From Patescibacteria group bacterium (GTDB lineage: Bacteria > Patescibacteriota > Minisyncoccia > Phycocordibacterales > Phycocordibacteraceae): a stretch of 57,537 nucleotides of DNA. The stretch lies in assembly GCA_030837225.1 (NCBI GenBank), contig JAUPKX010000016.1, forward strand, positions 1 to 57,537, in the 5' to 3' direction. The notes beneath the pieces are model-generated. The model was not told the origin of the DNA. It saw only the letters and a program-made list of their open reading frames with translations, and did no database searches. The stretch's first letter is position 1; every line of letters begins with the position of its first letter. Positions 1-9,296 of this stretch are shown here, one piece after another. The translations under genes and the position numbers were made by a program.

Positions 1-2
1 AG

Positions 3-1842
<1,840 letters not shown>

Positions 1843-1848
1843 TACTTT

Positions 1849-2097
1849 ATGGCCAAGACCTTCCACCTCACTATTGCAAACGTTGGAGAGAATCTCTTCG
1901 ATGGTGAGGCGCTGTCGGTTACGCTTCCCGGTGCTGAGGGTATGTTCACGGTTATGGCTGGACACGAAGCGTTCGTGACGCCTCTCAAGGCTGGCGTTGC
2001 GCTTGTGAAGACGACTGATGGGGCGGAGACCTCGTACACGCTTCACCCTGGAGGTATTGCGGAAGTCTCAGGAGGGCAGGCGACGGTTCTGCTTTAA
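1849..2097 (+). CDS. atpC: F1 ATP synthase epsilon subunit (N-terminal beta domain only)
   Basis: LPGAEG.FTVMAGH and GGIAEV motifs; follows atpD; 82 aa. Confidence 0.9.
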   Translation: MAKTFHLTIANVGENLFDGEALSVTLPGAEGMFTVMAGHEAFVTPLKAGVALVKTTDGAETSYTLHPGGIAEVSGGQATVLL

Positions 2098-2105
2098 GAA
2101 ACACG

Positions 2106-2146
2106 TAAAGCACCGTCCGGGTTCTCCCCGGGCGGTGCTTTACTTT
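2106..2146 (+). terminator. Intrinsic terminator of the atp operon
   Basis: Hairpin taaagcaccgtccggg/cccgggcggtgcttta followed by T-rich tail. Confidence 0.75.
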
Positions 2147-2175
2147 ATGCAGGCACACACCATACTTACCCGCAT

Positions 2176-2595
2176 ATGAATGAAGACGGCGAATTCGAGC
2201 CAGTGCCCAAGGCACCCTCCCATTATCACGGCGACACGGTGCGTGCATTATTCCTTACTGCAGCAGTGCTCGTCTTTGCAACACGGTTTATTGGAACTGA
2301 ACTTCCGTTCTCAACGGGTGCTCAGATGCTCCTTATACTTACGCTTGTTATAGCGGCAGGACTTACCAACCCGGCACAGAAGATGATTCATTACGCGAAT
2401 ATGCTCGTTTCTATTGCGGGCGTTCTTACGTTTAGCGGTCTCGCGTTTTCTCGTATAGAGACCACTGAAGAACTACTCTCAGGAGAAGGACTCGTTGTTT
2501 TGATTGCTCTGGTCTTCCTTGCGGTCCTCTACTACGCAACGCGTACCGTACGCGGCTTGTCGACTCCACACATAGAGATGCCGTCCGAAGACTAG
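2176..2595 (+). CDS. Hypothetical integral membrane protein (about 4 TM)
   Basis: Four hydrophobic segments; ATG 9 nt after a CATACT -10-like box. Confidence 0.75.
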   Translation: MNEDGEFEPVPKAPSHYHGDTVRALFLTAAVLVFATRFIGTELPFSTGAQMLLILTLVIAAGLTNPAQKMIHYANMLVSIAGVLTFSGLAFSRIETTEELLSGEGLVVLIALVFLAVLYYATRTVRGLSTPHIEMPSED

Positions 2596-2643
2596 ACCTT
2601 GTCCAGGTCCTACTTTTTCTGGTTGTGATAAAATAAGGAACAT

Positions 2644-2877
2644 ATGATTCAGAAATTCCTCGTACGCCAGGCTCTTAAAATGAAGATGAAGGATATGCCC
2701 GAAGCACAGCGGGAGCAAATCCTTGCGCTCGTTGAAAAAGACCCTGAACTCTTTAAGAAGATCGGCGAGGAAGTAGATCGCCGCGTTAAGGGTGGCGAGA
2801 ACCAGATGAAAGCCTCTATGGAGGTTATGAAGAAGTACCGCACAGAGCTGTCGGGACTTGTGGGACCTCAGCAGTAG
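2644..2877 (+). CDS. Small conserved helical hypothetical protein
   Basis: 77-aa ORF with normal codon usage and upstream TAAAAT box. Confidence 0.7.
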   Translation: MIQKFLVRQALKMKMKDMPEAQREQILALVEKDPELFKKIGEEVDRRVKGGENQMKASMEVMKKYRTELSGLVGPQQ

Positions 2878-2882
2878 CCTCT

Positions 2883-3467
2883 ATGAAAGCGAAGCGCATA
2901 TTCATTCTTCTCGGCCATCCGGATTCCGGCATGGAGCCCATGTCTCGTACTCTTGCCGATACCTATGAGCTAGCGGCAAAGGAGGCAGGGCATGAGGTGC
3001 GTCGGATGAACATCTTTGATCTCTCCTTCGATCCAATACTCCATAAGGGATACCGTGCAATTCAAGAACTTGAACCTGATCTAAAGGCAGTACAGGAGAA
3101 CCTTTCCTGGTGTGAGCACTTTGTGCTGATCTATCCAAACTGGTGGGGCGCAATGCCGGCCCTGCTTAAGGGCATGTGGGACCGCATGTTCTTGCCGCGC
3201 TTCGCGTTTCGTATGTGGAAGAACCGCTTCGGCTGGGATGCGCTCCTTAAGGGCAGGACTGCACGCGTCATGATTACGTGTGGGAACCCCGCAATCCTTG
3301 ACCATCTCGCGTTCGGGGATTTCTCAGACACCATTAAGCGCTCCATCCTCCAGTTTGCAGGATTCAGGACTTCTGTCTCGGCGTTCGGACATAGCGAGCA
3401 TGCGCCAGAACGGACACAGGAGCGATGGAAGAGAGAAGTTCGTTCTCTGGGACGAAAGGGACGCTAG
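2883..3467 (+). CDS. Flavodoxin-like NAD(P)H-dependent oxidoreductase (Flavodoxin_2 family)
   Basis: LGHP, YPNWWGAMPALLKG.WDR and LKGRTA motifs. Confidence 0.9.
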   Translation: MKAKRIFILLGHPDSGMEPMSRTLADTYELAAKEAGHEVRRMNIFDLSFDPILHKGYRAIQELEPDLKAVQENLSWCEHFVLIYPNWWGAMPALLKGMWDRMFLPRFAFRMWKNRFGWDALLKGRTARVMITCGNPAILDHLAFGDFSDTIKRSILQFAGFRTSVSAFGHSEHAPERTQERWKREVRSLGRKGR

Positions 3468-3547
3468 GGAGCTGTATAGAAATAAACAGAGCCCCACATC
3501 GATGGGCGCATTGTTGTGCAAATTGATATGAGGCTCTGAAGAAGTTG

Positions 3548-3766
3548 TTACTCCTTAGTGACCTCCTTGATTTCGAACGTTCCCCAGACGTTAACGAGTA
3601 TCAAGAGGCCTATGAGGGCCGGTATGTTCGAGATCATATAGAACACGAGTATTTGCCACCAGGCAAAGGTCGTGAAGATATGCATCCCTGCGAGTGGCCA
3701 AAGAATGAGGCCGCTAGCGAGGCTTACCAGTCCGACGAGAATGTACTTATTCGTAACCTTGAGCAT
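3548..3766 (-). CDS. Small hypothetical membrane protein (2 TM)
   Basis: 72 aa with two hydrophobic segments; AAAGGAG Shine-Dalgarno upstream on the minus strand; minus-strand TTGACA at 3825-3820. Confidence 0.6.
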   Translation of the reverse strand: MLKVTNKYILVGLVSLASGLILWPLAGMHIFTTFAWWQILVFYMISNIPALIGLLILVNVWGTFEIKEVTKE

Positions 3767-3833
3767 TGAAAACTCCTTTCGCTAAGGTATGAGTAAGTGA
3801 TACCACCTTGATGAAACTATGTCAAACTGTGTC

Positions 3834-3861
3834 TTGACATTTAACACTGAAGCGCTATACT
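3834..3861 (+). promoter_or_regulatory. sigma70 promoter TTGACA-N16-TATACT
   Basis: Near-consensus -35 (3834-3839) and -10 (3856-3861); back-to-back with a minus-strand TTGACA at 3820-3825. Confidence 0.8.
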
Positions 3862-3867
3862 TTCTAT

Positions 3868-4004
3868 AGGAAAGCAGGCGGCAAAAAATAAGCCAAGGAA
3901 CTTTTCACCGAAAGAAACCCAGTAATTGGGAACGGAAAGAGACTCCTCTGTAGACCCAAGTCCCGGTGAGGCGCAGCAGCTGCGACCCCGGGACTTTTAT
4001 TTTT
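3868..4004 (+). ncRNA. Candidate structured small RNA (family unknown)
   Basis: Lies between a consensus promoter and a terminator hairpin (aagtcccgg/ccgggactt plus T-tract, 3958-4004); internal stems; no ATG-started ORF. Confidence 0.5.
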
Positions 4005-4029
4005 ATGCATAACCGCGTAAGGTGAACCT

Positions 4030-5124
4030 ATGAAAATCGGCATCGTAGGACTTCCGAACGTTGGGAAGTCCACTCTCTTTAATGCACTTACTAAGGCCGC
4101 AGTCCCTGCGGAGAATTATCCGTTCTGCACCATAGACCCGTCTGTGGGTGTGGTTGGTGTTCCGGACGAGCGACTTACCCGTCTCGCAGAGCTATCGAAG
4201 TCCGAGAAGACGCTGCCTGCCGCTATCGAATTCGTTGATATCGCAGGACTCGTTAAGGGCGCCTCTGAGGGTGAGGGTCTTGGGAACCAGTTCCTTTCTC
4301 ATATCCGCGAAGTTGATGCCATCCTTCAGATGGTGCGCTTCTTTGACGATCCTGACGTTATCCACGTGCATGGAGATGTTGATCCGGTTCGAGATATCGA
4401 GATTATCAACCTCGAGCTCATCCTCGCGGATCAGCAGTCCGTGTCTGGACGTCGCGAGCGCTTGGTGCGCGACGTGAAGTCTGGCAACAAGGATGCGGTT
4501 GCTGAGGACGGAGTGCTTACTTTAATTGAACAAGCGCTACTCTCTGGAAAGCTCGCACGAACGGTGGAGCTTTCTGACGAAGATGCAAAGCGCATTAAGT
4601 CCCTGAACCTCCTTACCCGAAAGCCAATTCTCTACTCCTTCAACGGAAAGGCAGGAGGACACAATCTCTCAGAGCTTAACGACGGACGTGCGCAGGCTGC
4701 ATACGATCTTGTTGAGTCTCTTGGCGGACGCTACGTAGAGGTTGATGCACGTACTGAGCATGAGCTGAACGATGTGGCTTCAGAGGATAAGGATATGTTC
4801 CGTTCTGAGCTTGGGGTTCAGGTAGACGGACTCGAGGCGCTCATTCGCGGTGCATACGAGACACTTGGCCTCATCACCTTCTTCACGACCGGTCCGAAGG
4901 AGACTCGTGCCTGGACCATTACACGTGGGGCGTCAGCGCCTGAAGCAGGTGCGGCTATCCATAACGACTTTAAGGACAAGTTTATTAGAGCTGAGGTTGT
5001 TGGGTGCGATACGCTCGTTCAAGACGGCTCGTGGAGCGCTGCCAGAGACAAGGGAGACATACGGACTGAAGGGAAGACGTATATCGTGAACGATGGGGAT
5101 GTGATGGTGTTTTTGCATAGTTAG
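4030..5124 (+). CDS. ychF: Redox-regulated ATPase YchF
   Basis: [42 protein letters not shown]-terminal TGS domain. Confidence 0.98.
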   Translation: MKIGIVGLPNVGKSTLFNALTKAAVPAENYPFCTIDPSVGVVGVPDERLTRLAELSKSEKTLPAAIEFVDIAGLVKGASEGEGLGNQFLSHIREVDAILQMVRFFDDPDVIHVHGDVDPVRDIEIINLELILADQQSVSGRRERLVRDVKSGNKDAVAEDGVLTLIEQALLSGKLARTVELSDEDAKRIKSLNLLTRKPILYSFNGKAGGHNLSELNDGRAQAAYDLVESLGGRYVEVDARTEHELNDVASEDKDMFRSELGVQVDGLEALIRGAYETLGLITFFTTGPKETRAWTITRGASAPEAGAAIHNDFKDKFIRAEVVGCDTLVQDGSWSAARDKGDIRTEGKTYIVNDGDVMVFLHS

Positions 5125-5165
5125 ATCTCTCCCATAGAAGAGGTGGTCGCGTACTGAGTCCCAAA

Positions 5166-5191
5166 GGTTCGATCCCCAGTCTCCCAGCAAT
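5166..5191 (+). repeat. Array 1 leading site, short form (GGTTCGATCCCCAGTCTCCCAGCAAT), tRNA-3'-end-like
   Basis: Shares GGTTC and CCCAG.CT.CCAGCAAT with the long repeats; same form as 25623-25648. Confidence 0.8.
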
Positions 5192-5206
5192 GATAAACTG
5201 GTACTA

Positions 5207-5857
5207 ATGATAAAAGCTGAACTCAGGAAGCAGCTGGTAGATATAGCAAAAGAGCGTCAAACGAAGACCGACGTATCTCATGATTTTCAGCATGTGTTAC
5301 GTGTCTGCAACGTGGCTGAGAAGATAGCAGATACGGTGAATGCTGATCCAGAGATTGTTATACCTGCTGCGCTCTTCCACGATATCGTTGTCTATGCGAA
5401 GAATTCTCCTGAATCTCAGTTTGAGAATGAAGAGAGTGCGGAACTTGCAGGAGAGATACTCTCCTCGGTAGAGGGATATCCTTCTGAGAAGATAGAAGCA
5501 GTAAAGGCCTGTATACGCGAATGCTCGTTCTCTAAAGGAACTCTCCCTAGCTCTCTTGAATCTTCAGTGCTTCAAGATGCGGACCGCATGGATTCAGTAG
5601 GAGCAATTTCCATAATGCGAACATTCTCTTCGGGAGGACAGATGAATCGTCCTCTCTATGATCCTGAAGATCCTTTCTGTAAAGGAGAAAATCCGCCAAG
5701 CACTAGCGTGAGGCTTTTCTATAAAAGACTCTTGGTTGTAGCAGATCGGATGCACACAGACTATGCGAGAGAAGCAGCAAAACGGCGCGCTGATTTTACG
5801 AAGAGGTTCTTAGTGCAGCTTGGAATTGAGCTCGAAGAGAGTGGAATCGTTAAATAG
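5207..5857 (+). CDS. HD-domain phosphohydrolase (YedJ/YpgQ-like); cassette 1.1
   Basis: HDFQHVLRV, ALFHD, LQDADRMDSVGAI motifs. Confidence 0.88.
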   Translation: MIKAELRKQLVDIAKERQTKTDVSHDFQHVLRVCNVAEKIADTVNADPEIVIPAALFHDIVVYAKNSPESQFENEESAELAGEILSSVEGYPSEKIEAVKACIRECSFSKGTLPSSLESSVLQDADRMDSVGAISIMRTFSSGGQMNRPLYDPEDPFCKGENPPSTSVRLFYKRLLVVADRMHTDYAREAAKRRADFTKRFLVQLGIELEESGIVK

Positions 5858-5888
5858 GGTTCCAACATCGTCCCAGACTGCCAGCAAT
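5858..5888 (+). repeat. Cassette-boundary repeat, long form, copy 1
   Basis: GGTTCCAACATCGTCCCAGACTGCCAGCAAT immediately after the TAG of 5207-5857. Confidence 0.95.
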
Positions 5889-5991
5889 ACTTGTATTAAG
5901 CCCTCCGTGGGTATAGGGTGCGTATGGCTAACGCCAGGGTAGAAATACCTGTTCATGAACCCCTAACGGGACCTTGAAAAAGGAAGATGAA

Positions 5992-6468
5992 ATGGACTCG
6001 ATTGCAGACACGCTTATATGCGGATCCGCTGAAATAAATCGCATGAGAAGCGAGATTGATCTCGTTACTCAAATGCTCTTTGGGCTCGCAAAAGTTCCGC
6101 GAAATTCCAGACGATGGGAAGAAATCCGGCCAAAGCACCACCACGGTCTGATAGATTTCTCAATTAGTTTCGGCGACTTCGAGACAGTAGGGGTGGTATG
6201 GGAAGTCTGGTGGTTTAGTGGAGAAGACAAATTCCGTACCCAATGTCTACTCCAGACGTCTTCTCAGGACGATTGCCGTTGCGCATATCGGACCCGAATG
6301 CAGAGTGTGCATCGCGACTTCCACCCAACATATGGCGATCTCGGGGTCGCTGGGATCCAGAAAGCTCGAGAAACCCTGGATGTGTTTGTCGACGGAATGC
6401 TTCAGGAGTTTGGGCTAAATACCGCAACTAAGCCGTTCATAGATGCGGCAAGGATGCGAAAAGAGTAG
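5992..6468 (+). CDS. Hypothetical protein; cassette 1.2
   Basis: Only long plus-strand ORF between two repeats; ATG preceded by AAAGGAAG (alternative TTG start at 5974); own terminator. Confidence 0.65.
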   Translation: MDSIADTLICGSAEINRMRSEIDLVTQMLFGLAKVPRNSRRWEEIRPKHHHGLIDFSISFGDFETVGVVWEVWWFSGEDKFRTQCLLQTSSQDDCRCAYRTRMQSVHRDFHPTYGDLGVAGIQKARETLDVFVDGMLQEFGLNTATKPFIDAARMRKE

Positions 6469-6471
6469 TTG

Positions 6472-6512
6472 TGGCCGCCTAGTACCGAAAGGGAACGGCG
6501 GCCATTTGCTTT
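6472..6512 (+). terminator. Terminator hairpin; first 31 nt identical to 9210-9240
   Basis: tggccgcc-tagtaccgaaagggaac-ggcggcca followed by tttgcttt. Confidence 0.75.
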
Positions 6513-6517
6513 ATAAA

Positions 6518-6548
6518 AGTTCCAACATCGTCCCAGACTGCCAGCAAT
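6518..6548 (+). repeat. Cassette-boundary repeat, long form, copy 2
   Basis: AGTTCCAACATCGTCCCAGACTGCCAGCAAT. Confidence 0.95.
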
Positions 6549-6581
6549 CAGAGACAGGAGACTGCAAGTATAATTAGACCC

Positions 6582-7499
6582 ATGGAACTTCCAACGGAAC
6601 TAAAGGCTTTGTATAGGCATTGGCCAGAACATACTGCACAGCAAGCCAAACAACCTAATCTATGCGACGTATTTGAAGACGAAAAACTTTTTAAAGAGAT
6701 TTCAGCTTTCATCCATACACGGATGTCTATCTGGGAGAAGAAATATGTTGGGATGCCTCCTCCATATAGCGATGATCCAATTCTCTCCACATATCGCTTT
6801 TGTAACATCCTTAGGGAACTTGATCGACAAACAATCGAATACCACACACTCCTGAATCCGCTGCGAAGCGATTTCCAGCTGTGGCTTCTGAATATGTTTT
6901 ATTGTCGTCTGGTCGCTCGGCCAGAGACCGTACGTGCCGTTGGTCTTCTTTCCTTCGATCGCGCAAATAATGAAGCACTATACGAACGATTGAGTAAGTA
7001 TCCTCGTCCCCGATACGGCACACCGTACGTATTTCCTATAAGTACTATCTTGCGAAGCGCAACACCGACGAGAGAAGAATTCGTTGTACGACATTTGCCA
7101 GGTGTAATTGGAGGAATTGCAGAAGAAATATCCAGCTGGCGAAAACTGTCAGTAGTGGAGGGGGTAAGACGGGTGATCCCCTTATTCGGATTCAATCAGA
7201 CGTTCCTCTGGACCGAAGTACTTATTGATGTGGCGTATCAGTTTCCAGAACATATAGATCTATACAAGCCATTTCCAGTGGGTCCAGGCTCCTCTCCGAC
7301 CTTCAAGAGAATCGATCTTCATACGGAACCTTCTGAGCTTGCAGCGCAGTTAGGGCTTCTCGGATTCGAAACAAAACTAACATATGAGCGAGTGCCCCTT
7401 ACACTATCTGCTGAAAACTGGGAGGGAGTTGGTTGCGAGTTTCGCAAGTACACAAATCTAGAGTCCGGAAAGGGAAGGAGGCGTCTTTTTAAAACCTAA
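6582..7499 (+). CDS. aGPT-Pplase1 / 5-hmdU-kinase helical-domain (amino acid:DNA transferase-like) protein; cassette 1.3
   Basis: Signature PPYSDDPILSTYRFCNILRELDR, VGPGS and CEFRKY. Confidence 0.7.
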   Translation: MELPTELKALYRHWPEHTAQQAKQPNLCDVFEDEKLFKEISAFIHTRMSIWEKKYVGMPPPYSDDPILSTYRFCNILRELDRQTIEYHTLLNPLRSDFQLWLLNMFYCRLVARPETVRAVGLLSFDRANNEALYERLSKYPRPRYGTPYVFPISTILRSATPTREEFVVRHLPGVIGGIAEEISSWRKLSVVEGVRRVIPLFGFNQTFLWTEVLIDVAYQFPEHIDLYKPFPVGPGSSPTFKRIDLHTEPSELAAQLGLLGFETKLTYERVPLTLSAENWEGVGCEFRKYTNLESGKGRRRLFKT

Positions 7500-7500
7500 A

Positions 7501-7531
7501 AGTTCCAACATCGTCCCAGACCGCCAGCTCT
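7501..7531 (+). repeat. Cassette-boundary repeat, long form, copy 3
   Basis: AGTTCCAACATCGTCCCAGACCGCCAGCTCT, 1 nt after the TAA of 6582-7499. Confidence 0.95.
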
Positions 7532-7548
7532 AGTATATTTGCTACTGT

Positions 7549-8046
7549 ATGCGTATGTCACTTCCTCCAGAAGTACCCGTAGAAGACTACGTCTATAAGT
7601 ATCTTCTCGGCCCGGTAGAATCTGCCGAGGCGCTTAACCAGCCTGTGACAGAAGGAAATTGTAGGCTGGCACTACAGCTCTATTATTTTCGCGTACACGG
7701 CATATTTTTTCAGCAGAACGATATTTATCTCCCCGGTGGATACAAAGCATGGGGAGAATTTATCTTTAAAGAGGAACCAATAGATTTTGAGAAGCTCCAA
7801 CCAGGAGATGTCTTGTATGCCCAGAACTTCCGAGGAAAGAGAGGTCAGGAACTGCTCAAGGGCATAGAGAACTTTAAGGACAAAGACGAATGGTTATATC
7901 ATCTACATAGTGCCATTTACGTTGGAAAGATTAGCGGCACGCATTACATTTGGAATGCGACAAGTATTGTTGGAGCTACGATCACGTGGCCGCTAGAAAC
8001 CTTTGTATACTATTACAAGCCAATTTCGGCAAAGAGGATACTGTAA
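7549..8046 (+). CDS. NlpC/P60-like papain-fold protein; cassette 1.4
   Basis: GNC (catalytic Cys), LQPGDVLY and HSAIYVG (catalytic His). Confidence 0.65.
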   Translation: MRMSLPPEVPVEDYVYKYLLGPVESAEALNQPVTEGNCRLALQLYYFRVHGIFFQQNDIYLPGGYKAWGEFIFKEEPIDFEKLQPGDVLYAQNFRGKRGQELLKGIENFKDKDEWLYHLHSAIYVGKISGTHYIWNATSIVGATITWPLETFVYYYKPISAKRIL

Positions 8047-8047
8047 A

Positions 8048-8078
8048 GGTTCCAACATCGTCCCAGGCTGCCAGCAAT
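8048..8078 (+). repeat. Cassette-boundary repeat, long form, copy 4
   Basis: GGTTCCAACATCGTCCCAGGCTGCCAGCAAT, 1 nt after the TAA of 7549-8046. Confidence 0.95.
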
Positions 8079-8168
8079 AGTCTGAATTGTAGTCATTTCT
8101 CTTAGGCTGCAAGTTGGTAAGTTTGTGGTATAGTCCTCACGGATTAACCCAATCACAAGGAGGCCGCC

Positions 8169-9188
8169 ATGGCCGAAGCTACCTATAGGATGCAAGCGCT
8201 CGTGGTGCTTCGGGAAGGGATGCGTCTCTTCTACGATTGCCCGAGTATGAGCGGCGAAAGTTTCGAGTCTGACAATTTCTTCAGGAAGTACAAGGGCAAG
8301 ACGGGAATCATCGCAGGGTTCCCAATCACCCTCGTTGGCCCGTTCGATTCCAAAGGTCGCCTTCCGGGTTCGTACCTTACGCCCGGGTACATGCATGTTC
8401 GATTTGAGGGTGAGGAAGAGTTTCATCAAAGCCTTAATCTCCATCATTTCGTTCTGCTGGATCCGACCACCACCGTAACCGATGAAGAGTTCGACGAGGC
8501 TCAACGCAGCGGCGACCTTCCGCACCCAATCCTCTTCTATCCAGGGGATACGGTGTACAAGCAGGATGACCTGTTGCAGGTCCGTCGTGTCGTTCAAGAA
8601 GTAAAATTCGGCACTGCCGGTATTCCGCTCTATGTGTTGAGCGAAACCTCGGAAGCCACTGAGCGGCGTATGGCTGACAAGGCGGCCGATCATGCTGAGC
8701 GAGAGGCGAGAAGGGAGGCAAGCCCTGACAACCTGCCTCTCCTTTCTGGATTTTGTTCGCACGACAGGCCGGAAACGGAAACGTGTGAGGGCACGAATCT
8801 CGTGCTCCTCGAACGTGGCCACAGCTACTACCTCTACCACGACCCTTCGAAGCTATCGTTTGCGTCAGCTGAGGAAGAACTGGACTTCTGGAGTCAGGAT
8901 GGCCTGTCGAAGACCTTCTACGGACCTCGACGACTCTTCCGTACTTGGGAGTGGTCGCTGGCCCAGGCCCGAGCCCTCTTGGAGGAGGGGAAGGGAGACC
9001 TCATCGTTACTTCCAGAATGCCTAGAGGCAGGCGAGATGATTCTGAGCAGAAGTACACGGTCAGGATCCTGCACGCAGGCTTCGCTGAATATCGTGACCG
9101 CGTTCGGCAACTTGCTTTGTCCATTGCACCACCTCTCGAGAAGGAAAAAACCTTCGCAGAGTTGGGACGAGGCCTTCTGGATCTGTGA
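8169..9188 (+). CDS. Hypothetical protein; cassette 1.5
   Basis: 339-aa ORF with AAGGAGG Shine-Dalgarno, TGGTATAGT promoter box upstream and its own terminator. Confidence 0.75.
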   Translation: MAEATYRMQALVVLREGMRLFYDCPSMSGESFESDNFFRKYKGKTGIIAGFPITLVGPFDSKGRLPGSYLTPGYMHVRFEGEEEFHQSLNLHHFVLLDPTTTVTDEEFDEAQRSGDLPHPILFYPGDTVYKQDDLLQVRRVVQEVKFGTAGIPLYVLSETSEATERRMADKAADHAEREARREASPDNLPLLSGFCSHDRPETETCEGTNLVLLERGHSYYLYHDPSKLSFASAEEELDFWSQDGLSKTFYGPRRLFRTWEWSLAQARALLEEGKGDLIVTSRMPRGRRDDSEQKYTVRILHAGFAEYRDRVRQLALSIAPPLEKEKTFAELGRGLLDL

Positions 9189-9209
9189 TATCAAGTTCAA
9201 GTGCTTAAC

Positions 9210-9250
9210 TGGCCGCCTAGTACCGAAAGGGAACGGCGGCTTTTATTTTC
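9210..9250 (+). terminator. Terminator hairpin; first 31 nt identical to 6472-6502
   Basis: tggccgcctagtaccgaaagggaacggcggc followed by ttttattttc. Confidence 0.8.
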
Positions 9251-9254
9251 AAAA

Positions 9255-9285
9255 AGTTCCAACAGCGTCCCAAACTGCCTGCTAT
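9255..9285 (+). repeat. Cassette-boundary repeat, long form, copy 5 (last of array 1; diverged right arm)
   Basis: AGTTCCAACAGCGTCCCAAACTGCCTGCTAT. Confidence 0.9.
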
Positions 9286-9296
9286 ACTTCTCGCAT

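Noticed and set aside
5115-5191. Intact tRNA-Gln gene after ychF
   Set aside because: Only the 3' portion is tRNA-like. The 5' T-stem strand does not pair fully, and no acceptor 5' strand (TGGGAGA), D arm or anticodon arm is found upstream.
5858-5888. Classical integron attC site
   Set aside because: There is no RYYYAAC...GTTRRRY pair enclosing a long imperfect palindrome, only tiny inverted elements (GTTccAAC, CAGaCTG), and no IntI in the window.
8013-8840. Long alternative ORFs (8013-8840 minus, 8692-9306 plus, 37094-37771 minus, 44727-45326 minus and similar)
   Set aside because: They are antisense or off-frame shadows of well-supported genes, with no recognisable motifs or expression signals.
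5858-9285. CRISPR array interpretation of the 31-nt repeats (they start GTT and have CRISPR-like length)
   Set aside because: The intervals are 373-1207 nt, each holding a whole gene, rather than 30-40-nt spacers. No cas operon is present; the lone Cas4-like gene is more than 5 kb from either array.
9255-9288. The repeat as simply a conserved promoter -35 element
   Set aside because: Spacing from TTCCAA/TTCGAT to the next -10 box varies (20 nt at 5166 and 9255, 26 nt at 26122, longer elsewhere), and the 26495 copy has no downstream plus-strand gene.
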